Virus record (IMG/VR): IMGVR_UViG_3300002120_000004
Source: a virus
DNA: 41,097 nucleotides
Strand: one strand, 5' to 3'
Part shown: piece after piece, positions 22,701 to 32,226 of the stretch
Position numbering within the stretch: the stretch's first letter is position 1
How the letters are laid out: every line of letters begins with the position of its first letter
The notes under the pieces: model-generated
What the model saw: only the letters and a program-made list of their open reading frames with translations
What the model was told of the DNA's origin: nothing
Databases searched by the model: none
Program-made: the position numbers and the translations under genes

Positions 22701-22745
22701 ACTGAGAAACCTGCAACATCCATAACCTGGACAGAGAAGGTGTGA
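19719..22745 (+). CDS. BNR/Asp-box repeat (double beta-propeller) protein, probable receptor-binding tail protein (1008 aa)
   Basis: About 12 SxDxGxTW boxes (SRDRGDSW, VDGGSSW, STDRGLTF, STNSGVNW, SLDSGATW, STDTGDTW, SIDGGYSW, STDDGITW, SDDRGDTW, SIDGGTTW...). Confidence 0.85.
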   Translation: MALPTWANLGPASGGTGSITVNWPNNYATNDIGLLICQSSNETVTETSGGWTQVVNSPQGTGTAGAPLSTRITMFWKRATGSPPDDPEPPAQLADAGDHVNGIIAVIRGCPITGNPIHITSGGVDAVSDTSLNITGPTTTIDECLVIIAACHGLDVPDPHWSGESAPNLSGLIERYDKSITIGNGGGTAIWSATLPSKGPVGNFEATGVAATLKAYMVVAFIPKPKLLNTDLIEGNTGPWVPCNYGGGGTFTMCVGGPDGTIITASNLAGIYISRDRGDSWTPIGNKHGFNDQFVAAVAFDPVDAKIIHAATSHGIYGTVDGGSSWSKRPTGVTPEPWIADILPAASDPNIVYAAYHDDFDDPDTGILKSTDRGLTFQDVVDDLPTNPPTGLRVLRLWVNTQNPDILYIVSGRHDFNKTAEDSIWKSTNSGVNWTRISGPLEALGVVWDCYMDRNTPTTLWATIYTGDPYTTPFSWAGSTHVSLDSGATWTQKSTHTGSIMVKYGSSNVIWCSDNKRNFGAAEEGFWESTDTGDTWIKKSNLGDYDCGWQSNPDRSYGSSLYGVPHTFGQDLSDPNSVYQISDQFVHGSFDGGDVFRNFYTYQVPGGTWTTRRVENLTIADIRISPANKSIIYSGAYDTGIWRSIDGGYSWEICNSPDFTEDWNGEGGNTCTIMPDPARSNFVWAAHGRTEITANLVKSNDTGEAGSWFATTGIPANRFVYGLSLDKRSLVSSRILFVTAGFNDDKTGGVYKSTDDGITWTLVLSGAADAAPRVTAIDAVDSNLIYAGGEGGFWRSTTGGGSGSWTLLSTPSDFVGTTGTSSLGTLTWTGVAWIEADPTVANRVYVCAYGTSTDRGLYRSDDRGDTWTKIYSGDFIRRCAIHPTNSDHIFVASGASTTAPSSSSYLSSGILRSIDGGTTWRSVNDNLAWTLAGPIAVGPGMPYTVFIGSMGGGFFKRQFDTLWWNEKVVQMMSPIEKTGTLISVTEKTGTLVSMTEKPATSITWTEKV
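22641..22742 (+). repeat. 3.4 x 30-bp tandem repeat (TEKTGTLISV units) at the C-terminus of the BNR protein
   Basis: IEKTGTLISV / TEKTGTLVSM / TEKPATSITW / TEKV. Confidence 0.85.
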
Positions 22746-22748
22746 TGA

Positions 22749-22925
22749 ATGGCTGAAAAGTGGATCCAGAAGATGCATTTGAAGAAAGGTGCCCTTCACA
22801 GGGATCTTGGGGTTCCCTCTGGGAATAAGATCCCTGCGGTCATGCTTGAGGCGGCGGCGCAGCGCAGTGGGACTGTCGGGCGAAGAGCTAGACTTGCACA
22901 GACCTTTAAGAGGATGAAACACTAG
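22749..22925 (+). CDS. small basic protein (58 aa), below the ORF-track cut-off
   Basis: Translated by hand: MAEKWIQKMHLKKGALHRDLGVPSGNKIPAVMLEAAAQRSGTVGRRARLAQTFKRMKH. AAGGTG upstream; the stop abuts the next ATG. Confidence 0.6.
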   Translation: MAEKWIQKMHLKKGALHRDLGVPSGNKIPAVMLEAAAQRSGTVGRRARLAQTFKRMKH

Positions 22926-23618
22926 ATGGGTGCCACCGCAGATCTGGTTCTGGCGCTGAGGCATGACATCGGTGAGGATAGTGCTGCCAATTCCCACCTT
23001 GGTACGACTTCTGTTATTCCGGTTGAGTGGCTGAATCAGGCCCAGAGGAGACTGTGTGCCTCGGGGAATCTTTTGGTAAGTGGGTGGTATGGTAACTCTG
23101 ATCCTGCTGTAGAGTTCTATATTGTACCCTCAGATTACTACAGGATTGTTGCTCTTCACGTGATTGATGGTACCACTCGATACAAGATCAACCCAAATCC
23201 TGGAGGGATCAGACACAGAAGCAAAACAACCGTGGGGCAGAATATCCCCACCTACTACGGGATGTGGGGTGCCAATGACTCCAGTGGAAACAACAAGGAC
23301 GTTATCTTCTTTGAGCCAAACTTCAACGTAGCTGGGAAAGTCATAGAGGTCTATGCAGCTCAGATGCCCAAGACAATGGTGGATGATACCCAGGGTCCTG
23401 AGCTTAATACCTACTGGCAGGATGGGATGCTTACGTACTGCCGTATGAAGTTCTACCTGAGAATGGCGAATGGCGACTCAAGCTACAGAACCATGGCTCA
23501 GGATGCAAGATCTGAGTGGGAGTCGTTCGTACAAGAGGCCAAGAGGTTCCGTTGGCCGACGGGTATGGATGTACCCTCGCTTCCCGTTGATCTCATGGAA
23601 TATACGGTGGAGAGGTAG
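22926..23618 (+). CDS. putative tail adaptor / tubular protein A-like (230 aa)
   Basis: Size and position directly before the nozzle-like gene. Inference from gene order only. Confidence 0.5.
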   Translation: MGATADLVLALRHDIGEDSAANSHLGTTSVIPVEWLNQAQRRLCASGNLLVSGWYGNSDPAVEFYIVPSDYYRIVALHVIDGTTRYKINPNPGGIRHRSKTTVGQNIPTYYGMWGANDSSGNNKDVIFFEPNFNVAGKVIEVYAAQMPKTMVDDTQGPELNTYWQDGMLTYCRMKFYLRMANGDSSYRTMAQDARSEWESFVQEAKRFRWPTGMDVPSLPVDLMEYTVER

Positions 23619-26014
23619 TGCCAGAAAAGCCATACAGCATCCATAATTTTAAGGGAGTTGACTTCCGGAATGCTGCCGGTCTGGAGCATGGGAAGCTGAC
23701 CGACCTGATCAACTTCGTACCACACCCGGATGGATACCTCCAGGTACGGGGCGGATGGAACAAGCCCACATTCATTGGTGGAGGATGGGATGCATCCTCA
23801 CCCATTGTAACAGGGAGCACCACATCCAAGATTGTTGGAGCTCAGGATCATCGAAGCACCTACCCAGTGGTCGTAACCAGGACTGCTGGTGGAACTTACT
23901 CAGAGGATCTTTCCAATCTGGCCTACATGCCTATGTTCACGGCTGCCGCAGCTACGGAGAGATTCTGCATTGGGTCACCGTCCACATTCAGTTCCTTAAC
24001 ACTGTACATAGGGAGGGCTGGGGTTAACCTTCCGATAACCTGGTATTACACTAGGCCCGGTGGTCTTACCGTTCTAAGTGGAGTTACTGAGCAGTTTACT
24101 TCCACGGGTGAGAAAACAATCAGCTTTATACCGCCAACCAGCCCAGAATGGGGCGGCGAGTTCTTCAACGGATACTTTGGGTTCTGGATCATTGCTGAGG
24201 TTGGGACTCCAGGTGGTGGCCCGATCATTCCGTATATAGCAAAGCAGAAGGTTACATACGATGGCCAGTCCAGGAATACCCTGATCATAGCAAGCTCTGA
24301 TGCCTCTGTAAGCACTACAAGCATGAAGGTATGGAGATACGGACCCGATGGGGTTAACACCAGATTTCTCGGAGTAGATACCTTAGGGCTCCTTACCCAG
24401 CTGGATGCGCCTGTCCGTTTTGCAACCAACAATGGTGTCCTGTACTTCGTGAATGGGAACACCATGAGGCGGTACCAGGGTGATCCAACTTTGAATGCCA
24501 ACATAGGGTTCACTAAGCCATCTTCTACTGGGTTCAATGTTGCTACCGGTGCAGCTGGTCTGCTCAATGGGTTCTTTAACTATGCAATATCCTATGGGTA
24601 TGGTCCAGCTGGAGAATGGGGAGAAAGTACACCACTGGTTTGGACTGGGACAATACCTAATCCCATAAATACCAAGGTAGATGTTACCTTCCCGACCGAG
24701 GTGGCAACCATTTCCCGTGGTATAGTTGACGTAATCTATATTTATAGAACTCAGGATATGACCGGCGTGGATGTGAACTCAAGGAACGCAGTCCCGCTGT
24801 TCCTAATTGCCACTCAGTTAAGGCAAGAGGCTGACGGACTGTTCCCAGCCACGTATGTAGACAATACTCCTCCACTCCCGAGTCCTACAAGGCACATGGA
24901 TCTGAACGACCGTACACCCCCGGAGAGATGCAAGTTCATCATTCTCCACAAGGACCGGATGATCCTTTCTGGATCCAGAAAGTTCCCTGGAAGGGTCTGG
25001 AGAAGCTACCCAAGAGAGTATGAGGCTTTCGACCCGCTAGACTACCAGGACTTTACTAGGGTTGCTGGTGGAGGGGTTACAGGACTGGCAGACTTCAACG
25101 ACATGGTGATTGTCTTCACAGAGAGTACAACCTATGCCCTCGCCAATGTAGACCAGGATGAATGGTCCCCACTTGTTGTCCACCCAGGGATTGGATGTAT
25201 TGCTCCGGATACGATTGCCGTTGGGTTTGGTCTTCTGTTCTGGCTCTCCAAGGAAGGATACTGGAAGTGGGATGGAGTAAACCCACCTGAGCACATATCC
25301 AAGAGCATGAGGGTGTTCGACTGCTCCCATGTTATCCATGGCCGAAGTAGGGGAGTAATCACTGAATTCGGGTACGAAACAGAGCTTATCCCATTTGATC
25401 TAGGGGTAAGGAACTGGAGCACAGCCTGGCCAGCTGGAGTCTACAACAGCCTCTTCTCCAAATTGCGTTATGATATACGGAGCGGAGAGTGGGCTAGGAT
25501 CACATCCGATATGGCAAATGGGACAACTACACAGCCGATTGCCACCGTCCACTGGCCGCACTACTCGACTTACGAGGGAAGATCCGGTGCTCTGTACGGG
25601 AGGTATATCAGTGGAGGCTCTTCAACGGATCTCATCCCGTTTATTGGTGCAGCTGGTAATCAGGATGATGGGACAGATATTACTGGCACCATCAAGGTTC
25701 CATTTGGACCCCATGATGGGAGTAGATTGAGGCCGCTTAAGTGGACCATCCATGCGAGTGGGGTCACCACACCGGTCATGGTTGTCCAGGGCCTGAGCTA
25801 TCTTGGGTACAAGCCGTCCATTGCCACCACACCGACAACAGACGCAGCCAGCTGGTACTCAGCGTATAAGGGAATGTTTGCTGATGTGGGGCGTGGGAGC
25901 GCGAACCTAGAACTGCAATTCCAGTGCGTTTCCAGCCCACCTGCAGAGCGGCAGGCATTTATCTATGCATCCATGCTGGATACCCACAGCCAAAAGAACT
26001 CAGGCGACCTATGA
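23618..26014 (+). CDS. putative podovirus nozzle / tail tubular protein B-like (798 aa)
   Basis: Similar in size to T7 gp12. The N-terminal pattern YSIHNFKGVDF...LINFVPHPDGYLQVRGGW resembles the recalled gp12-type N-terminus. Confidence 0.55.
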   Translation: MPEKPYSIHNFKGVDFRNAAGLEHGKLTDLINFVPHPDGYLQVRGGWNKPTFIGGGWDASSPIVTGSTTSKIVGAQDHRSTYPVVVTRTAGGTYSEDLSNLAYMPMFTAAAATERFCIGSPSTFSSLTLYIGRAGVNLPITWYYTRPGGLTVLSGVTEQFTSTGEKTISFIPPTSPEWGGEFFNGYFGFWIIAEVGTPGGGPIIPYIAKQKVTYDGQSRNTLIIASSDASVSTTSMKVWRYGPDGVNTRFLGVDTLGLLTQLDAPVRFATNNGVLYFVNGNTMRRYQGDPTLNANIGFTKPSSTGFNVATGAAGLLNGFFNYAISYGYGPAGEWGESTPLVWTGTIPNPINTKVDVTFPTEVATISRGIVDVIYIYRTQDMTGVDVNSRNAVPLFLIATQLRQEADGLFPATYVDNTPPLPSPTRHMDLNDRTPPERCKFIILHKDRMILSGSRKFPGRVWRSYPREYEAFDPLDYQDFTRVAGGGVTGLADFNDMVIVFTESTTYALANVDQDEWSPLVVHPGIGCIAPDTIAVGFGLLFWLSKEGYWKWDGVNPPEHISKSMRVFDCSHVIHGRSRGVITEFGYETELIPFDLGVRNWSTAWPAGVYNSLFSKLRYDIRSGEWARITSDMANGTTTQPIATVHWPHYSTYEGRSGALYGRYISGGSSTDLIPFIGAAGNQDDGTDITGTIKVPFGPHDGSRLRPLKWTIHASGVTTPVMVVQGLSYLGYKPSIATTPTTDAASWYSAYKGMFADVGRGSANLELQFQCVSSPPAERQAFIYASMLDTHSQKNSGDL

Positions 26015-26331
26015 TTAACCCTACCATTGTAACAAAGAAGGACATCGTGGACGGGTCGATCACCATGCCCAGGAGGGTGAGGTACGACCAGCCTACCACT
26101 GGTAAGTACAAGAGCACCAGAGTGTGGATAGCATTTCCAGCATCGAACACCCTGTACCCGATCCCTCACTCACTCAGGAAGGTACCGACGATCTGGACCG
26201 TGATCTCGTGCTATGCAAAGGGCGCAAGCGCCCCCATCGTTTATACAGACTTTCCACTTCCATTTTCCAACTATGTTGCTTGCTTCAAGTGTAATACGGC
26301 TGGCGCATTCGCAGAGATTGAGCTGCGCTAA
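26011..26331 (+). CDS. hypothetical tail/virion protein (106 aa)
   Basis: Track ORF 25924..26331 trimmed to ATG 26011, which overlaps the previous stop (ATGA). Confidence 0.6.
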   Translation: MINPTIVTKKDIVDGSITMPRRVRYDQPTTGKYKSTRVWIAFPASNTLYPIPHSLRKVPTIWTVISCYAKGASAPIVYTDFPLPFSNYVACFKCNTAGAFAEIELR

Positions 26332-26351
26332 CAAAGAACGGAGGGTATTCA

Positions 26352-27044
26352 ATGGCTCTACCAGAACCCTATAAACCACCAACCAAGCCACCCACAGGTG
26401 GAGTTTTGCCCGGTCTACCTCCTCCGATTCCCGGAGGTCCCAGTCGTGGCAGCCCACGTGGGATTGGCTCTTATGGGGGATCATTCGGAGCAGCTGCTTC
26501 CTCCAGATTTGGTGCTGCAAGAAGGGCAAAGCCCTATGGGGAAGATGAGGATCAGGAAGTAGAGGTACCAGGACCGATGCCACAAGTACCCGGAGTTAGA
26601 GGGCGCGGGCAACCTAAGATCCAAGCTCGTCCTCCAGCACCTTCCCAGCAATATACAGACGACCTAGCCACGACTGATTATATAAGAGAGAACCAGGGCA
26701 TGATTCACCCGTACCAGGGAATATACGGGTATGAGACCTGGGAACGACCTCAGTGGTGGAGGCGTTTTGGTGCCCCTAAGGAAGTGATGAGAGGTATGAA
26801 CCGTGGCCGGGGGATTGACCCCATGGGATACCAAATTGGCATGAGAGATATTCCCACTAGGGAGCGAATGCAGGAGATGAGCAACACCCTTAAGAACTGG
26901 TATGGTGGGCCTCCCATGACCGGTGGACTTGTCTCCAGTGAAATGATGGGTAGAGCCAGGAGAGCCCCAGGTAGGGCTTTCTCAACTGCAGCCCAAAAGA
27001 GGCGCAGGGGACTAGAAGATAAGGATCGGAGGGATCTCTACTAA
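26352..27044 (+). CDS. internal virion/ejection-type protein (230 aa), G/P/R-rich
   Basis: Track ORF with low-complexity composition, positioned after the nozzle gene. Confidence 0.65.
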   Translation: MALPEPYKPPTKPPTGGVLPGLPPPIPGGPSRGSPRGIGSYGGSFGAAASSRFGAARRAKPYGEDEDQEVEVPGPMPQVPGVRGRGQPKIQARPPAPSQQYTDDLATTDYIRENQGMIHPYQGIYGYETWERPQWWRRFGAPKEVMRGMNRGRGIDPMGYQIGMRDIPTRERMQEMSNTLKNWYGGPPMTGGLVSSEMMGRARRAPGRAFSTAAQKRRRGLEDKDRRDLY

Positions 27045-27736
27045 TGGCTGGAAGATATGACTGGACCATGATGGACGATAGTACTCTACAAAAGTACGAC
27101 CGTCTGATGAACATCATGTCTGACTTCGGATTCTCCCAGGGAGACTTCGACAAGTATATGAAGGGGTACTCCGATATGGAGGACCGGGGACTCCAGGGAG
27201 CGTACACAGCAGCCCAGGCAAGGTTACAGGAGCAAATGGAGCCTCAGATGGAAGCGGCTCGTGCCCGCGCATGGGGTCTCTATGGAGATAGTGGAATGCC
27301 CGCTAAGGCCATGCAGCGGTCTATGTCAGATGCCATGGGTAGGCTGATGACAGAGCAGATGGGAATTGGCGCAGGATCAGCTCAACGAAAGTCAGACATG
27401 TATAGAAATCTGGCCATGCAGCGGCTGGGGCTTCGTGGGAATATTGCCCAGCAGGGATATAACCGTGCCCTAAACGTTAAGAAAGTGCCTGGGCCATGGC
27501 AACAAGCAGCCAGTGCTGGACTCCAGATTGCTGGAGCTGCTACTCCTTTCGCAGCTTCTAAGTTATTTGGTTCCAAGATGCCCGGAGTCAATATCAACGC
27601 CAACGCACCCGATATGGGTCCACGAGAGCCCAAACCTCTCGCACCTGAGGGATACTGGCCTGGACCCAATGACTGGTCTGGATACAACCCGCAGCCCATG
27701 AGAGCTTATGGAACCCAGAGTTGGGGGAACCGATAA
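27044..27736 (+). CDS. internal virion/ejection-type protein (230 aa), M/Q/A-rich
   Basis: Track ORF whose ATG overlaps the previous stop. Confidence 0.65.
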   Translation: MAGRYDWTMMDDSTLQKYDRLMNIMSDFGFSQGDFDKYMKGYSDMEDRGLQGAYTAAQARLQEQMEPQMEAARARAWGLYGDSGMPAKAMQRSMSDAMGRLMTEQMGIGAGSAQRKSDMYRNLAMQRLGLRGNIAQQGYNRALNVKKVPGPWQQAASAGLQIAGAATPFAASKLFGSKMPGVNINANAPDMGPREPKPLAPEGYWPGPNDWSGYNPQPMRAYGTQSWGNR

Positions 27737-28734
27737 TGGCTACTTACGCTCCTCCAGGACAGCTTCCCTACGACACCAAGCTACAGCTGTTCCGAGAAGC
27801 AGCTGAGTCCGGAAAACCTATCATGGAGTTCCTGGATGAGTGGCGTAGGAGACGGCCATCTATTCCAGCGCCGGAGCTTCCTGAGATGCCTCCATCAAAG
27901 CCTCATGCTCAGAGGGTTCTTGAGGAGATATTCTCCGGGGTTTCTGAGCAGGGGCCTCCTCCAGGTACAGACATGTTCGGAAGTTTCTCCGCTGGAGTCC
28001 GTGGTGCTCTTCGTGGTCGGGGAAGACAGGAAGCAATAGACCGTGAGACCTCTGGTGATAGGTTCGGTAGAGAGCTACAGCTGTTCAATGCAAAGAATAC
28101 GGTAGCTCAGAGGAATGAAGCTCTCGATGATCAGGCCCTTAAGATCGTGAATATGATCATGACCGCTCCAGCAGCTCGCAGGTCTTCGATGTCCCTAAGT
28201 GATAAGGCATCTGAGGCAACTGATCTTCTCAGTGGCAGAACTGACATGACCCCAGAGCAGAAACAGCTATTAGTTGACCGATATGCCCTCGGATCCGGAG
28301 CTTCTCCACCAATATGGACGGGGTTTGAGAAACCTCTAAGCTCCAATGAACAGATTGCTGAGATCAAGCTGAAAGCTCTAAAAGAAGGAGATTGGCCGAC
28401 CCTAAACCGGTTCGGGATTCGCGATCCTTCACAGGTGACTGTGATCCTTGGAGAGGATCGTGTAACCGGGAGAAGGTACGTTGATGTTATATCTAAGGAG
28501 TCCCAACCTCCTGACGCTGGCAATTTGACTCCAATGGAAGAGGCTGCACTAAGGGCCGCACGTTCTCCATCTACTACACCTGAAGTCATCTGGAAGATGA
28601 TTCTTGGTGACGCCTCAATCCCGTTGATTACTGCCTATGGAGATCTTTCTAGGATACGTGGCGAGCTACACAAGATCCGCGCTCAGAAGCTGGCAGCGGC
28701 TCAGTCTAGTAGGAGAATAGGAGGCACCCAGTAG
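27736..28734 (+). CDS. internal virion/ejection-type protein (332 aa)
   Basis: Track ORF 27721..28734 trimmed to ATG 27736 (TAATG overlap). Confidence 0.65.
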   Translation: MATYAPPGQLPYDTKLQLFREAAESGKPIMEFLDEWRRRRPSIPAPELPEMPPSKPHAQRVLEEIFSGVSEQGPPPGTDMFGSFSAGVRGALRGRGRQEAIDRETSGDRFGRELQLFNAKNTVAQRNEALDDQALKIVNMIMTAPAARRSSMSLSDKASEATDLLSGRTDMTPEQKQLLVDRYALGSGASPPIWTGFEKPLSSNEQIAEIKLKALKEGDWPTLNRFGIRDPSQVTVILGEDRVTGRRYVDVISKESQPPDAGNLTPMEEAALRAARSPSTTPEVIWKMILGDASIPLITAYGDLSRIRGELHKIRAQKLAAAQSSRRIGGTQ

Positions 28735-28737
28735 GAC

Positions 28738-31700
28738 ATGGCGCACCAGCCCAGAGATACGTCATATGACGCCCTGAAGGAAGAGCTCCAAAGAATCGGC
28801 GCCGTTCCTCCTGACACTGGCTTCTCTACCGCTGAGGCTGAGGCTACATCTCCGCCACAGGAGGGATCCTCATGGATGAAGGATTTCCTGGGTCAAGTGG
28901 CTGGGACTCCACCAGCACAAGCTATGCTTAAGACCGGGAAGCGGGTTGTTCAGACCGAGATAAACATGGCCAAGTCTTTAATCAATGAGATCACGAAACG
29001 GGCCAATGCCGGTGAGGTAAGCCTTTGGAGGGAGTTATTTGGGACTACTCCTCCTGGAGTACCGACACAGGCATCAAGAGAGCGTAGGGCCATGGTCCCA
29101 TTCCGACAGCCACTGAGAATCCCAGCTGCGATACCGGCTGGTGTCATTGGCGTCCTCAAGGCTGAGCCTTTTACTTTCGAGAAGCAGGAGGATCCATTCG
29201 AGAAGAACTCCTACGAGATGTTAAAGAACCTTGGGTACTCGGATACCGAAGCAATGATCCTGAGTCTAGGATCTGGGTTCACAGCTGGAACCAAGGTGAT
29301 CAACTTGGCTGCGAAGCCCATCGCTACTGCTGCCCGTATCGCTGGGAGGACCACGGAGCCTCTGCGACAGATCCCAGCTATTTCCCAGGTAATGCACCAG
29401 ATAGGAAAGGTTGGCGGAGGGAAGGCTGCCTACTCTGATAGAACCCTGAGAAACTACGCCAACTACGTGATTGGGAAGGCCCCAGGAGCGAAGTTTACTG
29501 ACTGGGCCATGAGGAAGCCAGGAACCAAGTTCCCTAATGAGCGGGAACTAACCAGAACATGGATCTCCCAGGGGGCTGGTCGTGGAGAGTGGCTCTCTCA
29601 GATGGGTAAGCAAGCCCATGACGCTTGGATCAGCGATGTAAAAGCATACGCGTCCGAAACTGGTCTCTCATTAGAGGAAGCAGAAAGAAAACTCCTTGAT
29701 ATATATGAGAGTACAGGTAGAGGTGCACCATATCTAAGGGAATATTTGTCCAAAGAGCTGAAAATGGGTAAGCGACTTGGCCTAAAGGCTGAAGAAATCG
29801 AGATGGGGAGAGCTCCCGAAAGAATCCGTCGCTCGATCCTTGGTACCTACAGTCTCTTGGAAAAGGAGCGTAAGACCCTAGCCAAATACGAGGAGATCGC
29901 AAACCAGCCTGGGGCTCCTGCCGAACAGGTCCTCAAGGCGAACCATGCCTCCATTACCACTGAAGAGCAGATCCGTCTCCTTGAGGAAAAGCTAGACCGT
30001 CAGATGCACGTCTGGGAACAGAAGATGGGATACCTCCCAGATGAGGAGACCAAGATCCCGACATATGCCCTTCCTAGGGATATTGAGAGATCCAAGGCTG
30101 CTGGAAGAGAGTTCATAGGCCCAAGCGAGGAAGCGATTAAGACCGTAAAAGAGGTGCGACCACCTCCTTACGCTCCAAGATCCACAGGTGAGATAAGCGA
30201 GAAGATCCACGGGAAGGCCCCATTCCGTAAACCGTTTGGGATCAGTACCAGCCTCGGTCGAGGGAGACAGATGCCACCCTGGATGACTACGAAGCAGGCT
30301 GAGGAGGCCATACAGACCAATCTCTACCCGAAGTGGTTCCAGAATAGTGCCAAAGATGTTCACAGGGCTGGTGGCACAAGTGTCCTAGACAAAAGGTATT
30401 ACGCGCCTCTTGGGGAGGCGCTGGAGTCACATGTAAACGCCATGTCCAGGGCACATGCTGACGCCTTCATCATCAGGGCGATTGCCCATAAGTGGGGAAT
30501 TCCCAACGAACAAGCTCCAGCTGGGTTCAGAAGACTTAGCGATATGGGAATCCTGTCTGGTTTTGATGAGGCTACCGAGAGAACTCTAAGTGGGTTTTCG
30601 GTCTCTCCCGATGTTGAGAGAACCATCAAAGCCCTTGCTGCTATTTCAGATACAGAACCAAGAACTGGAATTGGTAGGGCGGTAGAATCAGCCCTCAGGC
30701 TCTGGAGACCCATTGTAACGGTAGTGAGGCCAGAGTTCCACATACGCAACTTCTTGTGGAGTAAGTACATACAGGCAGAGCTTGGCAATGTAAACCCAAT
30801 GAACGATGCTATGGGGATCTCTACGGTCCTGGGAAGGAAGTTCGGACCAGCTCCCGATGTGGCTCCACCTTTCCTTCTTAACGGTAAGACATACAATGGT
30901 TTAACATGGCCTGAGGTTAAAAGACTGTTCGTTCAGCACCGGATACTGAGTGCCGGGAGGATGGAGGAGATCGGTAAGACCTTCCTAAAGGGTCCTGGGA
31001 AAGCCTACCAGGGCCTTGAGGACTACTTAAGGGCTAGTTGGGCCTGGTACAACCTTGGGAAGGGATCGGAGCTCTCAGAGGCTGCTAGGTCGGTCGGAAC
31101 GGTCATGTTCAACTACGGCTGGGAGTCCATGACCCACCTGGAAAGCCTTCTCCGTAGGGGGATGGTACCCTTCATGGGCTGGGGGAAAAACATTCCTAGG
31201 CTGGCTGGCAGGGTTATGGGAGAGCACCCCAGCACCATGGCGAACCTGGGGAGGCTTCAAGAGACTGGGGAGCGCAGACTTGGGATGACTGAAGAGGACC
31301 GTGAGATTATGGATCCGTCCTACAGAACTAGGGGTGGAATTCCCGTATCCTATGATCCTGAAACGGGTAAGCTGCGATACCTTGGGTACCAATGGGTAGG
31401 GATTACGGACCCTGGACAGTACTCCCCGACAGGGGAGCGATCTACAAAGACTCTGGGGAAAGCTGTAGGCCCACTAGAAGGTATGGTTTCAAACGTAAAC
31501 CCTTTAGGCCAGGGGATATATGAGCTTACCACTGGTAGGAACCCGATGACCGGGATTTACGGCAAGGGAACGGTTGAGTTGCCCTCATACGCCAAGCTCT
31601 TGGTTGGAAAGGTACCAGGCATTGAGCTCATGGAAGGACGACCGATAGGTCCCAAAGCACTGGACCTGGCTCTTAGGTTGGCTGGACCTCTACCAAATGT

Positions 31701-31980
31701 ACCCTTCGATCTTAGAGATAAGGAATGGGCTAGATGGGCCAGGGGCTTCAGAACCCTAACAGGAGTCCCTATTTACGAGTCTGATACAGAACGTGGGATT
31801 ATCTCTCAGACGTTTAGAGAGCGCGGTAAGGCTCTTGGTCCCTACATAGATGAAGCAGACCGCGAGCGCCTTCGTGGTCGTCTTTCAAGGGAGACCGTGG
31901 TACCTCCTGAGAGTGGAGATGGTATGGAAGCCCTTCGGGAAGAACTGATCAATATAAGAGTCAGAGAGACAAGCCCTTAA
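28738..31980 (+). CDS. large internal virion/ejection protein (1080 aa)
   Basis: The largest ORF and last of the post-nozzle series. No enzymatic motif recognised. Confidence 0.75.
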   Translation: MAHQPRDTSYDALKEELQRIGAVPPDTGFSTAEAEATSPPQEGSSWMKDFLGQVAGTPPAQAMLKTGKRVVQTEINMAKSLINEITKRANAGEVSLWRELFGTTPPGVPTQASRERRAMVPFRQPLRIPAAIPAGVIGVLKAEPFTFEKQEDPFEKNSYEMLKNLGYSDTEAMILSLGSGFTAGTKVINLAAKPIATAARIAGRTTEPLRQIPAISQVMHQIGKVGGGKAAYSDRTLRNYANYVIGKAPGAKFTDWAMRKPGTKFPNERELTRTWISQGAGRGEWLSQMGKQAHDAWISDVKAYASETGLSLEEAERKLLDIYESTGRGAPYLREYLSKELKMGKRLGLKAEEIEMGRAPERIRRSILGTYSLLEKERKTLAKYEEIANQPGAPAEQVLKANHASITTEEQIRLLEEKLDRQMHVWEQKMGYLPDEETKIPTYALPRDIERSKAAGREFIGPSEEAIKTVKEVRPPPYAPRSTGEISEKIHGKAPFRKPFGISTSLGRGRQMPPWMTTKQAEEAIQTNLYPKWFQNSAKDVHRAGGTSVLDKRYYAPLGEALESHVNAMSRAHADAFIIRAIAHKWGIPNEQAPAGFRRLSDMGILSGFDEATERTLSGFSVSPDVERTIKALAAISDTEPRTGIGRAVESALRLWRPIVTVVRPEFHIRNFLWSKYIQAELGNVNPMNDAMGISTVLGRKFGPAPDVAPPFLLNGKTYNGLTWPEVKRLFVQHRILSAGRMEEIGKTFLKGPGKAYQGLEDYLRASWAWYNLGKGSELSEAARSVGTVMFNYGWESMTHLESLLRRGMVPFMGWGKNIPRLAGRVMGEHPSTMANLGRLQETGERRLGMTEEDREIMDPSYRTRGGIPVSYDPETGKLRYLGYQWVGITDPGQYSPTGERSTKTLGKAVGPLEGMVSNVNPLGQGIYELTTGRNPMTGIYGKGTVELPSYAKLLVGKVPGIELMEGRPIGPKALDLALRLAGPLPNVPFDLRDKEWARWARGFRTLTGVPIYESDTERGIISQTFRERGKALGPYIDEADRERLRGRLSRETVVPPESGDGMEALREELINIRVRETSP

Positions 31981-31983
31981 CGA

Positions 31984-32226
31984 TTGGAGTCTACCTTGGT
32001 CCACTTTGATCCGACAATAAGCCTTGGAAGCGTCTTGGTTGTCGTTACCATGACTTTTGGAGCTGTGTGGTGGGGTGGCGTTATCTCATCTACAATAAAG
32101 AGGATAGAGGAAAAGATGGACGATCTTGTTACGAGAAGGGAATTCGACATAAGCAGGGATGGGCAGCAGAAACAGATCAATGGGATCAATACAAGGATGG
32201 ACCTTGATCCAGATAGGTATAAGTGA
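31984..32226 (+). CDS. single-pass membrane protein (80 aa), holin- or spanin-like
   Basis: TM segment LGSVLVVVTMTFGAVWWGGVI followed by a charged helical tail. Sits immediately upstream of the lysin. TTG start with a weak SD. Confidence 0.55.
   Translation: MESTLVHFDPTISLGSVLVVVTMTFGAVWWGGVISSTIKRIEEKMDDLVTRREFDISRDGQQKQINGINTRMDLDPDRYK

Noticed and set aside
24046-30896. Minus-strand ORFs 24046..24567, 28131..28589 and 30399..30896, among others
   Set aside because: They are antisense shadows within long plus-strand structural genes.
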